The notes below the pieces were generated by a model. It was not told the DNA's origin. It was given only the letters and a program-made list of their open reading frames with translations, and made no database searches. A program made the translations under genes and the position numbers. Positions 38,366-47,158 of a DNA stretch of 64,000 nt are shown here, piece after piece (within the stretch, counting starts at the first letter, position 1; each line of letters starts with the position of its first letter). The stretch is from Aquamicrobium sp. (GTDB lineage Bacteria > Pseudomonadota > Alphaproteobacteria > Rhizobiales > Rhizobiaceae): assembly GCA_019739225.1 (NCBI GenBank), contig JAHHDT010000006.1:189823-253822 (forward strand). Reading direction: 5' to 3'.

Positions 38366-38584
38366 ATGGATGACGTTTTTATCAGTGCCGTCTTTCAGCC
38401 CAAGCCTTCCAAGCAGGAAAGCAAGGCGGACGTCACCACGAAGGCCGCCCGCGCGATAATCGACCACGAACTGTCGGCCCGCGAGGCCAAGACCGAGCGC
38501 CTGCGGGCCGCGAGGCTGGCGCAGGAAGAAGCCGCGGCAAGCAAGGCGCCTGCCGTTAAGAAGCCGCGCAAGAAGAAGACCTGA
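38366..38584 (+). CDS. Small Lys/Ala-rich hypothetical protein
   Basis: 72-aa ORF with gaggag 8 nt upstream. It is charged, helical-looking and ends KKPRKKKT. I recall similar small genes next to csp genes in rhizobia. Confidence 0.5.
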   Translation: MDDVFISAVFQPKPSKQESKADVTTKAARAIIDHELSAREAKTERLRAARLAQEEAAASKAPAVKKPRKKKT

Positions 38585-38673
38585 TCGCCAAAGGCGGCTC
38601 ACGTCGTTCGCCGGGTTTTGATGCTGCTGCATCGGAGCACCCGGATAGTCACCAGGTGCGCCTGCCGTATTGC

Positions 38674-39075
38674 CTAGAACCGGGTGAAACCCGCCAGCGG
38701 CTTGACGATCCTGCAGCGGCCATCGCGGATCATCTGCGACAGGCCGTCGAGGACTTCGTCGTCGGGACTGCCATAAATTTCGAAATTCTCGACCGTGCAG
38801 TGCTCCATCACCCGCTGGATGTAGGGGTCGGAGAGCTGCCAGTGACGAAGCACGTCCTGAGAATTGCGGTAGAGCTGGAAGCTGACGGCACTCAACTCCT
38901 CCTCGTCGATGAAGGTCTGGACCATCAGCTGGGGCCCGTGGAGGGCAACGAAGTCGACTGCCTCGCGGATCGCGTGGCTGAAGGGTTCAAGGCGGCCTTC
39001 GGCGATCTTCATCCGGTTCCGCATCAATATCTGGTCTGTCATACGCGCCTCCGTGTTCGACACGGAGGGCTTCAT
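38674..39075 (-). CDS. Hypothetical protein, possibly dimeric alpha/beta-barrel (ABM-like); last gene of the sugar string
   Basis: 133-aa ORF with an alternative ATG at 39042 (MTDQILMRNRMKIAEGRLEPF...). The size and pattern suggest an ABM fold but I cannot confirm this. It lies 43 nt downstream of the aldolase gene. Confidence 0.5.
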   Translation of the reverse strand: MKPSVSNTEARMTDQILMRNRMKIAEGRLEPFSHAIREAVDFVALHGPQLMVQTFIDEEELSAVSFQLYRNSQDVLRHWQLSDPYIQRVMEHCTVENFEIYGSPDDEVLDGLSQMIRDGRCRIVKPLAGFTRF

Positions 39076-39118
39076 ACGACCTCAACCGAAGTTGAGGTCA
39101 AGAGGCGCAAGCGGGGCG

Positions 39119-39805
39119 TCAGTTCTTGCCGCGCGGGCGGGCGACGTCGTTCGAGCCTTCGGCCTCGGGTCCGAAGCCGTAGCTCATGCGCTTCATCTGC
39201 GCGATGACGCGTTCCATCTCGTCGTCGGGCAGCACCGGCGGCTCGCCGAGCGCCAGCGCCTGCACATACATGCGCGACAGAGTCTCGACCTCGATCGCCA
39301 GCCACAGCGCGGCCTCGAGCGACGTGCCGAGCGAGATCTGGCCGTGCTGGCCGAGCAGGCAGGCAAGCCGCCCTTCCAGCGCCTCCAGTGCCGCGTCGGA
39401 CAGCGCCTGCGTGCCGAATGTCGCGTAGCGCGCGCAACGGATGGTGGTGCCGCCGGCAACGCCGGTCATGTAGTGAAATGCGGGAATGGTCTTGTGATGG
39501 CAGGCCAGCGTCGTCGCGTAGACCGAGTGGCAGTGCAGCACGACATTGATGTCTTCGCGGGCCCTGAGAATATCGCGATGGAAGCGCCATTCCGAGGACG
39601 GGCGACCACCGACATAGGTGCCGTCGAAATCCATCTCGACGATGTCGTCCGGCGTCATGACGTCGTAGGGCATGCTTGACGGCGTTATCAGGAAGCCGTC
39701 GCCGGAGCGCACGGAGAGGTTGCCCGCCGTGCCCTGGTTGATGTCGCTGGTATTCATGCGGCGGCAGATGGAAACCATCTCCTCGCGCAGCGTCTGGCTG
39801 TTCAT
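39119..39805 (-). CDS. Class II aldolase/adducin family protein (L-fuculose-phosphate-aldolase-like)
   Basis: 228-aa ORF; GTAGNLSVRS, PSSEWRFHRDIL, VVLHCHSVYATTLA, LLGQHGQISLG. Confidence 0.88.
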   Translation of the reverse strand: MNSQTLREEMVSICRRMNTSDINQGTAGNLSVRSGDGFLITPSSMPYDVMTPDDIVEMDFDGTYVGGRPSSEWRFHRDILRAREDINVVLHCHSVYATTLACHHKTIPAFHYMTGVAGGTTIRCARYATFGTQALSDAALEALEGRLACLLGQHGQISLGTSLEAALWLAIEVETLSRMYVQALALGEPPVLPDDEMERVIAQMKRMSYGFGPEAEGSNDVARPRGKN

Positions 39806-39815
39806 CGTCCTGATC

Positions 39816-40133
39816 CTAATCCATGTGGAAAACGCGTTGCAGCGGCACGACGACCGGCTCGTTGCGGTCGCCCACCTGCATGATGTCGGCCATGAAATCC
39901 CACCAGCGCCGGTTGATCTTTGTATGAGGCAGATGGTCCATCGTGTGGTCGTCGGCGCGCACGAGAGTGGCGAAGAGATGGTTCGTTTCCGGGTCGAGCC
40001 AGATCGTGTAGTCCGAGATGCCGGCCTCGCGAAGTGCTGCCAGCATCTGCGGCCATATCTCGTCGTGACGCCGCCGGTATTCTTCAGCTTGGCCGGGGTT
40101 CAGCACCATGCGAAACGCGATCCGTTCGGGCAT
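39816..40133 (-). CDS. rhaM: L-rhamnose mutarotase
   Basis: 105-aa ORF; IAFRMVLNPGQAEEYRRRHDEIWPQMLAALREAGISDYTIW is the typical RhaM/RhaU pattern. Confidence 0.9.
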   Translation of the reverse strand: MPERIAFRMVLNPGQAEEYRRRHDEIWPQMLAALREAGISDYTIWLDPETNHLFATLVRADDHTMDHLPHTKINRRWWDFMADIMQVGDRNEPVVVPLQRVFHMD

Positions 40134-40145
40134 CGTCCGATCCTT

Positions 40146-41435
40146 CTAGATAATGCCGCCGCCGGCCGCGGCGACCGCCGGGCGCTCTGCGGTGACCTTC
40201 GCGCGGTAGCCCGCCGCGCGATAGGCGGACACCGGGTCGATCGCTCCGCCCGCATTCAGCCGCGCCATGGCAAGGATCGGCTCGACATCCGTGCGGTAGG
40301 CTGCCTTTAGCGTCTGCGTGGCCATCAGCGCGTCGTTGTCTTCCTGAAATGCGGTGAGCGCGTCACGATCCACTAGCAGCGCCTGCGCATAGGCGCGCTG
40401 CACTTCCATGGCCGACAGCATCAGGCTCTCGATCGGGTCGGTGACGTTGTGGCTCTGGTCGAGCATGTGGGCGGGGTGGAAGGCTTTGCCGGCGGACAGT
40501 TCCGCATCGACCAGCTCGTTGAAGACGAGGAACAGGCGGTATGGATCGATGGACCCTGCGTCGAGATCGTCGTCGCCATATTTGCTGTCATTGAAGTGGA
40601 AGCCGCCGAGCTTGCCGAACTGGATCAGCCGCGAGACGATCATCTCGATGTTGACATTGGGTGCGTGGTGACCGAGGTCGACGAGGCAGAAGGCCTTTGG
40701 CCCCAGCTCCTTAGCGATGATGTAATTGGTGCCCCAGTCCTGCACCACGGTCGAATAGAAGGCCGGCTCGTACATCTTGTGCTCGGTGAAGAGCCGCCAG
40801 TCGTCTGGCAGGGCGGCATAGATGTCGGCCATCGCTTCCAGATAGCGTGAAAAAGCGCGGGCGAAATTCACCTGGCCGGGGAAGTTGGATCCGTCGCCGA
40901 TCCAGACGGTCAGCGCCTTCGAGCCGAGCGTCCTGCCGATCTCGATACATTCGAGATTGTGTTCCACCGCCTGCCGGCGCACGGCAGCATCGGCATGGCT
41001 GAGCGAGCCGAACTTGTAGGAAAGCTTCTGGTCCGCCGCGTCGGAAAAGGTGTTGGAGTTCATCGCGTCGAAGTCGAGGCCGAAGCGCGCGGCCGCCTGC
41101 TTCAGGCGCTTCGGGTCGGCCTTGTCCCACGGAATGTGCAGCGACACGGTCGGTGTGGCGCGGGTAAGCTGCTGGACGACAGCGCAGTCCTCGATCTTGT
41201 CGAAGATGTCGCGCGGTTCGCCGCCGCCGGGAAAGCGCGCGAAGCGGGTCCCGCCGGTGCCGACGCCCCATGACGGGATCGCGACGCCGAAGGCCTGCAC
41301 CTTTGCCAGCACCGCATCGATGGCGATGCCCCGGCGTGCGAGCTGCTCGCCGAGTGCGGCATAGTCGGATTTCAGCGCGGTCTGCCTGGCCTCGTTTTCC
41401 CGCGAGACGATGTCGGTTTCTATAATCGTTTCCAT
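40146..41435 (-). CDS. rhaI: L-rhamnose isomerase, rhizobial / Pseudomonas stutzeri type (RhaI)
   Basis: ATG at 41435 (ggagga 5 nt upstream) inside ORF 40146..41705 gives 430 aa: METIIETDIVSRENEARQ...IPSWGVGTGGTRFARFP... The xylose-isomerase-like TIM barrel matches the 430-aa RhaI type. Confidence 0.88.
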   Translation of the reverse strand: METIIETDIVSRENEARQTALKSDYAALGEQLARRGIAIDAVLAKVQAFGVAIPSWGVGTGGTRFARFPGGGEPRDIFDKIEDCAVVQQLTRATPTVSLHIPWDKADPKRLKQAAARFGLDFDAMNSNTFSDAADQKLSYKFGSLSHADAAVRRQAVEHNLECIEIGRTLGSKALTVWIGDGSNFPGQVNFARAFSRYLEAMADIYAALPDDWRLFTEHKMYEPAFYSTVVQDWGTNYIIAKELGPKAFCLVDLGHHAPNVNIEMIVSRLIQFGKLGGFHFNDSKYGDDDLDAGSIDPYRLFLVFNELVDAELSAGKAFHPAHMLDQSHNVTDPIESLMLSAMEVQRAYAQALLVDRDALTAFQEDNDALMATQTLKAAYRTDVEPILAMARLNAGGAIDPVSAYRAAGYRAKVTAERPAVAAAGGGII

Positions 41436-41455
41436 CTGGTCCTCCGTGCGGGGGC

Positions 41456-42301
41456 TCACCATGCGAAAGCCGGCAGCAGAAAGTCGGGCGGCGCGCCGTG
41501 CTCGGCAAACAGCCGCTCCCGCTCCGTGGCGGTGCTGGTTTCCAGTATGCCGGTTGCGACCAGCGCCGTGTTCAGCCCGGCCGCCCCGCCGCCCGCGATG
41601 TCGTGCTCTATGCTGTCGCCGACACAGACGACGCAGCCCAGCGCTGGATTGCCGAGCAGCTCGAGTGCCGCCTCGTAGATGCGGGGGAAGGGCTTGCCGA
41701 TCCACTCCACCGCGCCCCCTAGTTCCGCATAGAGTTCGGCTATCCGGCCGGCACCGAAGCGCGGTCCGACGCTCGTCAGCATCACCTTGTCGGGATTGGT
41801 GCAGAGACAGCGCACGCCACGGGCCGCAGCCGGCTCCAGCAGGCGGCGATAGTGATCGAGATCGTAGCGGTCGCCCTCACTGCCCGACAGAAGCAAGATG
41901 TCGGCGTCAGCACCGCTTTCCGTCACGGTCAGGGGCAGGCCTTCAATCGCCGAGCGATCGCCGTCGCGGGCGATGAGCAGGCAGCGGGCGTTGACGGTAT
42001 CGCTCAGTTCTTCGGCAAGCATGCGCCATGCGACCTCGCCGGACGACAGGAAATGGTCCCAGCTTCCAGGCTCGAAGCCCAGTCGCACCAGCCGCGCCTC
42101 GTTGGGGGCCGAGCGCTTCCCCGAATTGGACAGGAGCAGGCTCTTCTTGTCCGCCGCCTTCAGCCGTGACAGCGCCTCTACAGCGCCGGGATAGGGCGCG
42201 GCGCCATCGTGCAGCACGCCGAACTGGTCGAGCACGAAATAGTCGAACCGGGCTGCGAGTTCGCTGATCCCGGAAAGCGGTTTCGGTGCGGTCTTACTCA
42301 T
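41456..42301 (-). CDS. HAD superfamily subfamily IIA hydrolase (sugar-phosphate-phosphatase-like)
   Basis: 281-aa ORF. FVLDQFGVLHDG (DxxG nucleophile motif) and LLLSNSGKRS are present. Its ATG overlaps the FGGY kinase stop (ATGA). Confidence 0.85.
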   Translation of the reverse strand: MSKTAPKPLSGISELAARFDYFVLDQFGVLHDGAAPYPGAVEALSRLKAADKKSLLLSNSGKRSAPNEARLVRLGFEPGSWDHFLSSGEVAWRMLAEELSDTVNARCLLIARDGDRSAIEGLPLTVTESGADADILLLSGSEGDRYDLDHYRRLLEPAAARGVRCLCTNPDKVMLTSVGPRFGAGRIAELYAELGGAVEWIGKPFPRIYEAALELLGNPALGCVVCVGDSIEHDIAGGGAAGLNTALVATGILETSTATERERLFAEHGAPPDFLLPAFAW

Positions 42302-43575
42302 GCGGGCTCCCGAGCGTGTTCGAGCCCCTTCAGCGCCAGCCGCGCCGCGCCGGCGGCGGCCTGTTCGGAATGTGCCGACAGGAAAGGAACGCCGAGCCTG
42401 CGCTGGCGGATGGCGGTCCAGGCGGCATTGCCGGCGCCGCCGCCGACGCTGCGAACGGAGCGAAGCGCGGGCGCGCCAAGATCGGCGAGGCGGTCATAGC
42501 CGCGTTTTTCGATCGCCGCGATGCCTTCCAGCATGCCCTTCAGGAACGCGGCGTCCGATGCCGGTCTCGGTTCGAGGCGCGGCTGCAAGTTGGCGTCCAT
42601 GACCGGGAAGCGCTCGCCGGGCCCGAGCAGCGGGTAGTAGTCGAGGCCGGTTTCGTCCTGAGAATCGATTCCATCCGAGAGCCGCGCGATCTCATCGCCG
42701 GTGAAATACCGCGCAAGCACCCTGCCGCCCGTGTTCGACGCGCCGCCGGCGAGCCAGAGCTCGTTGATGCGGTGGCTGTAGACGCCGAATTCGGGGGCGA
42801 AGACGGGCTGGTCGCACAGGAGTTTCAGGGTCAGCGTCGAGCCCAGCACGGTGACGCCGTCGCCGGGCTCGCTCGCGCCCGTGGCGATGAACGACGCGCA
42901 ACCATCCGTCGTGCCGGCGACGATGGCGACGTCTTCGCCGAGGCCGAACCGTTGCGCCATGGTTGGCGCTACGGTGCAGACCGGCGTGCCGGGGGCAACC
43001 ACACGCGGCAGCAGTGCCGGCCGCAGACCGGTTGCGGCGATCCATTCGGGCCACCGCTTCGCGATGGGGTCGTAGCCGGTCTTGAGCGCATTGTTCTCGT
43101 CGGTCGTGTCGAAGCAGCCGGAAAGCTGCCCCGCGATCCAGTCGGCCTGATGCAGGACCTTGGCTACGCCTGGGACGCCCTGGAAGATCAGTGCCTTGGC
43201 GAGTCCGGACGTCGCGCCGTGGGCCGCGCTGTCGCGCGCGATGACCGGTGCGATGCGGGCAAGCAGGCCCTCGTCCCCGACCTTGTCGCTGTACATGAGC
43301 GGACGGGCCAGCGGCGTGCCGTCGGCATCGACTGGCAGCAGCGTGCCGGAGGTGCCGTCGACGGCGATCGCGCGCACAGAATATGGCTCGACGGCCATCA
43401 GCACCTGCTCCAGCGCGGTCTCGACGGCGCGCCACCAGAGGGCCGGATCGCGGGCGTCGGCGCCGTGGTCGGTCAGGGATGATGCGCCCTGGGCAACGAT
43501 GTCGAAGGCCGGCGTCATTGCGACCGCGCGCGCGCCGGATGTGCCGAGGTCGATGCCGATGGCGAGGGGCGTCAC
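42298..43575 (-). CDS. FGGY-family carbohydrate kinase (ribulokinase/xylulokinase-like, short form)
   Basis: GTG at 43575 inside ORF 42298..43911 gives 425 aa: VTPLAIGIDLGTSGARAV...GGASNTGG...SVGGGAGNAAWTAIRQ. The upstream part of the ORF translates repeat DNA. Confidence 0.85.
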   Translation of the reverse strand: MTPLAIGIDLGTSGARAVAMTPAFDIVAQGASSLTDHGADARDPALWWRAVETALEQVLMAVEPYSVRAIAVDGTSGTLLPVDADGTPLARPLMYSDKVGDEGLLARIAPVIARDSAAHGATSGLAKALIFQGVPGVAKVLHQADWIAGQLSGCFDTTDENNALKTGYDPIAKRWPEWIAATGLRPALLPRVVAPGTPVCTVAPTMAQRFGLGEDVAIVAGTTDGCASFIATGASEPGDGVTVLGSTLTLKLLCDQPVFAPEFGVYSHRINELWLAGGASNTGGRVLARYFTGDEIARLSDGIDSQDETGLDYYPLLGPGERFPVMDANLQPRLEPRPASDAAFLKGMLEGIAAIEKRGYDRLADLGAPALRSVRSVGGGAGNAAWTAIRQRRLGVPFLSAHSEQAAAGAARLALKGLEHAREPA

Positions 43576-43605
43576 CGGTGACGCTCCGGCTTGATGGCGG
43601 CAGTA

Positions 43606-43738
43606 CCCCCACCCCTCACCCCTCCCCACAGGGGGGAGGGGGATTCTGAACCGGAGACGCTCGGCCGAATCGGTTGCAGTGGAGACGAGGCGCTGACGCC
43701 CACCTCCCCCTTGTGGGGAGGGGTGAGGGGTAGGGGTG
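43606..43738. repeat. Palindromic intergenic repeat element, family B (two inverted 38-bp modules)
   Basis: cccccacccctcacccctccccacaggggggaggggg (43606-43642) and cccacctcccccttgtggggaggggtgaggggtaggggtg (43699-43738) are near reverse complements. Each module is itself a hairpin. Confidence 0.8.
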
Positions 43739-43780
43739 CGGCAGGCGCGCAACTGTCCATGTCGGGTATCCCAAGCACCA

Positions 43781-44836
43781 TCACGCGGACTTTCGCGCCG
43801 CCTTGCGGGCCAGTTCCTGCCGGTATTTCTCGGCGTCCCAATCGGTGAGCTGCAGGTGTTCTTCGGCGGTGAGCACACGCAGGGGCGCGCCGGGCGGGAT
43901 GCGCGCCGCAACGTCGGCTAGACAGCGCGCCATGGCGTCGGCGCTCGGCGTCGCGTCCCCGCGCATCAGCACGCCGATGCCGGGGAACACGATCGAGACC
44001 GGTGTTGTGCCGAGGCGCGCCACGACCGCTTGCGCATCTTCTCCCGGCAGCGCGATGGCCGAGCCCTCGCCAAGGAAGATGACATGGTCCGGATAGAGGC
44101 TGCCGCGCGCCGCGATTTCGGTGCTGGCGGGATCGGTGGCGACGGCATGGGCAGCGTCGCTTTCGGGCAGTCGGAAAGTTGCGACCGCGAGCGCACGCAA
44201 TTTCTCCATGTCGGCGGGGGGCGCGGAGCGCGGTTCGGTGGCGAGCCTTTGCGTGACGTCATTCAACAATGCTTCGGCCGCGTCGACGGTTTCGGCGGCG
44301 ACTACCAGCCCGTGATTGGCCAGCACCAGAACGTCGGGTCTCTTCGAGGAATGCTCCTCAATGGCCAGCGCCAGCGGCAGGCCCGGCCTTGCATAGGGCA
44401 CCAGCGCCCAGTTTAGGCCGTCGAGCCTTGTCGCCAGTTCCGCTTCGCAATCGGTTCGGACCGCAAGGGCTATGGTGTTGACGCAATGCACATGCACGAC
44501 AACGCGTTGCGGCATCAGCGCGTGCACCGTCGTCTCGATCGAGGGCCGCAGGCCGGATGCGCCGAGGCCGGGCACGACGAATTGTTCGGCCCGCTCGGCG
44601 GCCGGGTTCACGGACGAGACGGCGTCGAGCAGCGGTGCGATCTCGACCGGCACCATGATGTCGCGGTCGAGCGCATGGGCGAGCCATGTGCCCGAAGCCT
44701 TGATCCAGAGGATGCCGTCAGCCTTCAGCGAGGTGTTACCGCCGGCGCCCTGGATAAGAAGGGGATCGGAGCCGATCCGTGCCGAAAGCGCCCGCAGGTC
44801 GGCGAGCTCGACCTTTGGTGAAGCCGCTTTTCGCAT
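43781..44836 (-). CDS. Stand-alone class II aldolase-like protein, paralogue of the RhaD N-terminal domain
   Basis: ATG at 44836 inside ORF 43781..45262 gives 351 aa. IQGAGGNTSLKADGILWIKASGT and VVHVHCVNTIA parallel VTNYGGGNTSSKI...VLWVKGSGGD and YVDHMHPDAIIA in the 700-aa RhaD at 56808. Confidence 0.8.
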   Translation of the reverse strand: MRKAASPKVELADLRALSARIGSDPLLIQGAGGNTSLKADGILWIKASGTWLAHALDRDIMVPVEIAPLLDAVSSVNPAAERAEQFVVPGLGASGLRPSIETTVHALMPQRVVVHVHCVNTIALAVRTDCEAELATRLDGLNWALVPYARPGLPLALAIEEHSSKRPDVLVLANHGLVVAAETVDAAEALLNDVTQRLATEPRSAPPADMEKLRALAVATFRLPESDAAHAVATDPASTEIAARGSLYPDHVIFLGEGSAIALPGEDAQAVVARLGTTPVSIVFPGIGVLMRGDATPSADAMARCLADVAARIPPGAPLRVLTAEEHLQLTDWDAEKYRQELARKAARKSA

Positions 44837-45035
44837 GGTGGCGATCCTTTCCCTTGTCTGACTGCCCGTGACGACCGTTGCCGACCGGCGGGCAGTTCGG
44901 GAGAGGCGGTGCCCCTCCCGGGTTCCGACCCCTGGAGCAACGGGCGTTCTGACGAACGCAGTTCCGTTGCTCCAGTTTCGTTTTCCTAGCCGCATTTGTG
45001 CGACGCCAGACAATTCCGCCTGGCTGCAAAATGCT

Positions 45036-46142
45036 CTAGAAGTCGAAGTCGTTGATGTTGTCCTTTGTGAACACGAAGGGCGCGCCAAGAAGGATCTCCG
45101 AGCCGTTGATGACCTGGAGTTCGCCCAGCTTGCCGGCCTCAACCGACGTGGCGCCCGGCTGAAGCGTTCCATCGGCCACTGCGCGCAGCACGTAGGCTGC
45201 CGCATAGCCGAGGTCGACCGGGTTCCACAGCACCACCGACTTGACGCAGTCGGAAGCGACATAGGGCTTCATGGCGTTGGGCGTGGCGAGACCGACAACG
45301 GCGACGTTGCCGCACTGTCCTGCCTGCGTCACCGCATCGGCGGCAGCCGGCGTGGCGACGCTGGTCATGCCGAGTATGCCCTTCATCTCGTCGCCATACT
45401 TGTTGATGAGCGTGTTGGCCTGGTTGAAGGACAGGATGTTGTCTTCCTGAGCCTCGACCGTCTCCAGCCACTTCATGTTCGGGTAGCACGCGCTCTGGTA
45501 GGCCTCCATCTCGGCGATCCAGCGCGCCTGGTTCGGCGTGGTGAAGGTCGAGGTGACGATGGCGAATGCGCCGTCCTCGCCGATCTCGGCCGCCATCGCG
45601 TCGATCATCGACTTTGCGATGCCGTTGAACTCGGCCTGGTTGACGAACCACTGGCGCGCATCCGGCTGCGAATTGGCGTCGTAGCCGACGACATTGATGC
45701 CGGCGGCAAGCGCCTTCTTCAGCACCGGCGAGATCGCGACCGGATCGTTGGCGGCGAACAGGATGCCGTCGACGCCGCTGGTGATGTAGTTGTCGATCAG
45801 GGTGATCTGGTCGTCGATATTGGCGCGGCTGGGGCCGTCGGTCTTGGCATTCATCGTGCCCATCTCGGCGGCCGCTTCGGCGATGCCCTTCGAGGTGGCG
45901 TTGAAGTAGCCGATGCCGACGAGCTTCGGCACGTCGACCACGGTCAGCGTCTTGCCCTTGCGGTCGGGGGCGTCGGTCGGCTCGCCGCCGTCATAGGGAA
46001 CCGCAGCCGCCGTGGCCGCAGCCCCGTCGCAGGCGAGCGGATTGGTCGGCAGGTCGTCGCCGCCGGTCCAGGTCGACTGTGCGTGGCTGAGGCTGGTCGA
46101 AAACGACAAGGCCAGAATTGCAGACAGAACTATCTTACCCAT
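45036..46142 (-). CDS. ABC transporter periplasmic sugar-binding protein, RhaS/LsrB type
   Basis: ATG at 46142 (ggagga upstream). The signal peptide is MGKIVLSAILALSFSTSLSHA. VGIGYFNATSKGIAEAA...VVLWNPVDLGYAAAY resembles rhamnose/AI-2-type binding proteins. Confidence 0.85.
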   Translation of the reverse strand: MGKIVLSAILALSFSTSLSHAQSTWTGGDDLPTNPLACDGAAATAAAVPYDGGEPTDAPDRKGKTLTVVDVPKLVGIGYFNATSKGIAEAAAEMGTMNAKTDGPSRANIDDQITLIDNYITSGVDGILFAANDPVAISPVLKKALAAGINVVGYDANSQPDARQWFVNQAEFNGIAKSMIDAMAAEIGEDGAFAIVTSTFTTPNQARWIAEMEAYQSACYPNMKWLETVEAQEDNILSFNQANTLINKYGDEMKGILGMTSVATPAAADAVTQAGQCGNVAVVGLATPNAMKPYVASDCVKSVVLWNPVDLGYAAAYVLRAVADGTLQPGATSVEAGKLGELQVINGSEILLGAPFVFTKDNINDFDF

Positions 46143-46203
46143 GTTTTCCTCCACTGAGCGTCGAGGCACCCGCGAGCGGCGGTGCCCGGCGAAAGCGTTC
46201 CTC

Positions 46204-47148
46204 CTATCGGGAGCCGCTCCTCCCGAATATGTTGCTGACCAGTATGGCCAGTATCAGCACGGCGCCGATCAGCATGATCGTGCCGTCGCCCTTGACCCCG
46301 GCGAGCGACAGGCCGTTTTTCAGCGCCTGGATGAGGCAGAGCCCGATGATCGTGCCGAGGATCGTGCCGCGGCCGCCGAATATCGACGTGCCGCCGAGAA
46401 CCACCGCGGTGATCGCGTCGAGCTCGATGCCGGTGCCCATGTCGGAGCGCGTCGTCGATACGCGCGACACGAAGATCACGGCTGCCAGCGACGCCGCGAA
46501 GCCCGAGGCGGTGTAGAGCGCGAGTTTCGTCTTCTCGACCGAAAGGCCCGAAAAGCGGCTGGCGACCTCGTTGGAACCGATGGCGTAGACCGTTCGTCCC
46601 CAGCGCGTATAGGCGAGGATGATCGCGGCGATGATCGCGGCGGCGAAAAGGATCCAGAGCTGTGTCGGCACGCCAAGCACCTGGCCCTGGCCGAGCACGT
46701 AGAACCAGTCGGGATAGCCGCGCACCGAACGGGCCTGGCTGATGCCTTCGGCCAGGCCGCGATAGAGCGCCAGCGTCGCCAGCGTCGCGATCAGCGGCGG
46801 CACGCGGAAGCGGGTGATGATGAAGCCGTTCATGAAGCCGGCAAGGGTGCCGGCCGCGATGGCCGCGACGATGGCCATCGGCAGAGGCATGCCGACATTC
46901 TGCCAGAACACGCCGAGCAGGATCGCCACGAGCCCTAGGATCGAGCCAACGGAAAGGTCGATGCCGCCGGTGGCGATAACGAAGGTCATGGCGATCGCGA
47001 TCAGGCCGATCTCCGTCATCAGCCGGCCCTGATTGAGCAGGTTGGAGACGGTGAAGAAGCGGTCGGACTGCCACGACAGCACGACAAGTACCAGCACGAG
47101 GAGCAGCGCCAGAAACGTCTCGTGGCGGATGAGGGAGCGAAGGTTCAT
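46204..47148 (-). CDS. Sugar ABC transporter permease (RbsC/AraH-type)
   Basis: 314-aa hydrophobic ORF; TGGIDLSVGSILGL and GGTSIFGGRGTILGT motifs. Confidence 0.9.
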   Translation of the reverse strand: MNLRSLIRHETFLALLLVLVLVVLSWQSDRFFTVSNLLNQGRLMTEIGLIAIAMTFVIATGGIDLSVGSILGLVAILLGVFWQNVGMPLPMAIVAAIAAGTLAGFMNGFIITRFRVPPLIATLATLALYRGLAEGISQARSVRGYPDWFYVLGQGQVLGVPTQLWILFAAAIIAAIILAYTRWGRTVYAIGSNEVASRFSGLSVEKTKLALYTASGFAASLAAVIFVSRVSTTRSDMGTGIELDAITAVVLGGTSIFGGRGTILGTIIGLCLIQALKNGLSLAGVKGDGTIMLIGAVLILAILVSNIFGRSGSR

Positions 47149-47158
47149 GTTCGCTCCC

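Noticed and set aside
31335-38584. Integrated genomic island at tRNA-Gly
   Set aside because: By eye I found no integrase, excisionase or transposase, and no convincing direct repeat of the tRNA 3' end. It is kept only as a low-confidence observation.
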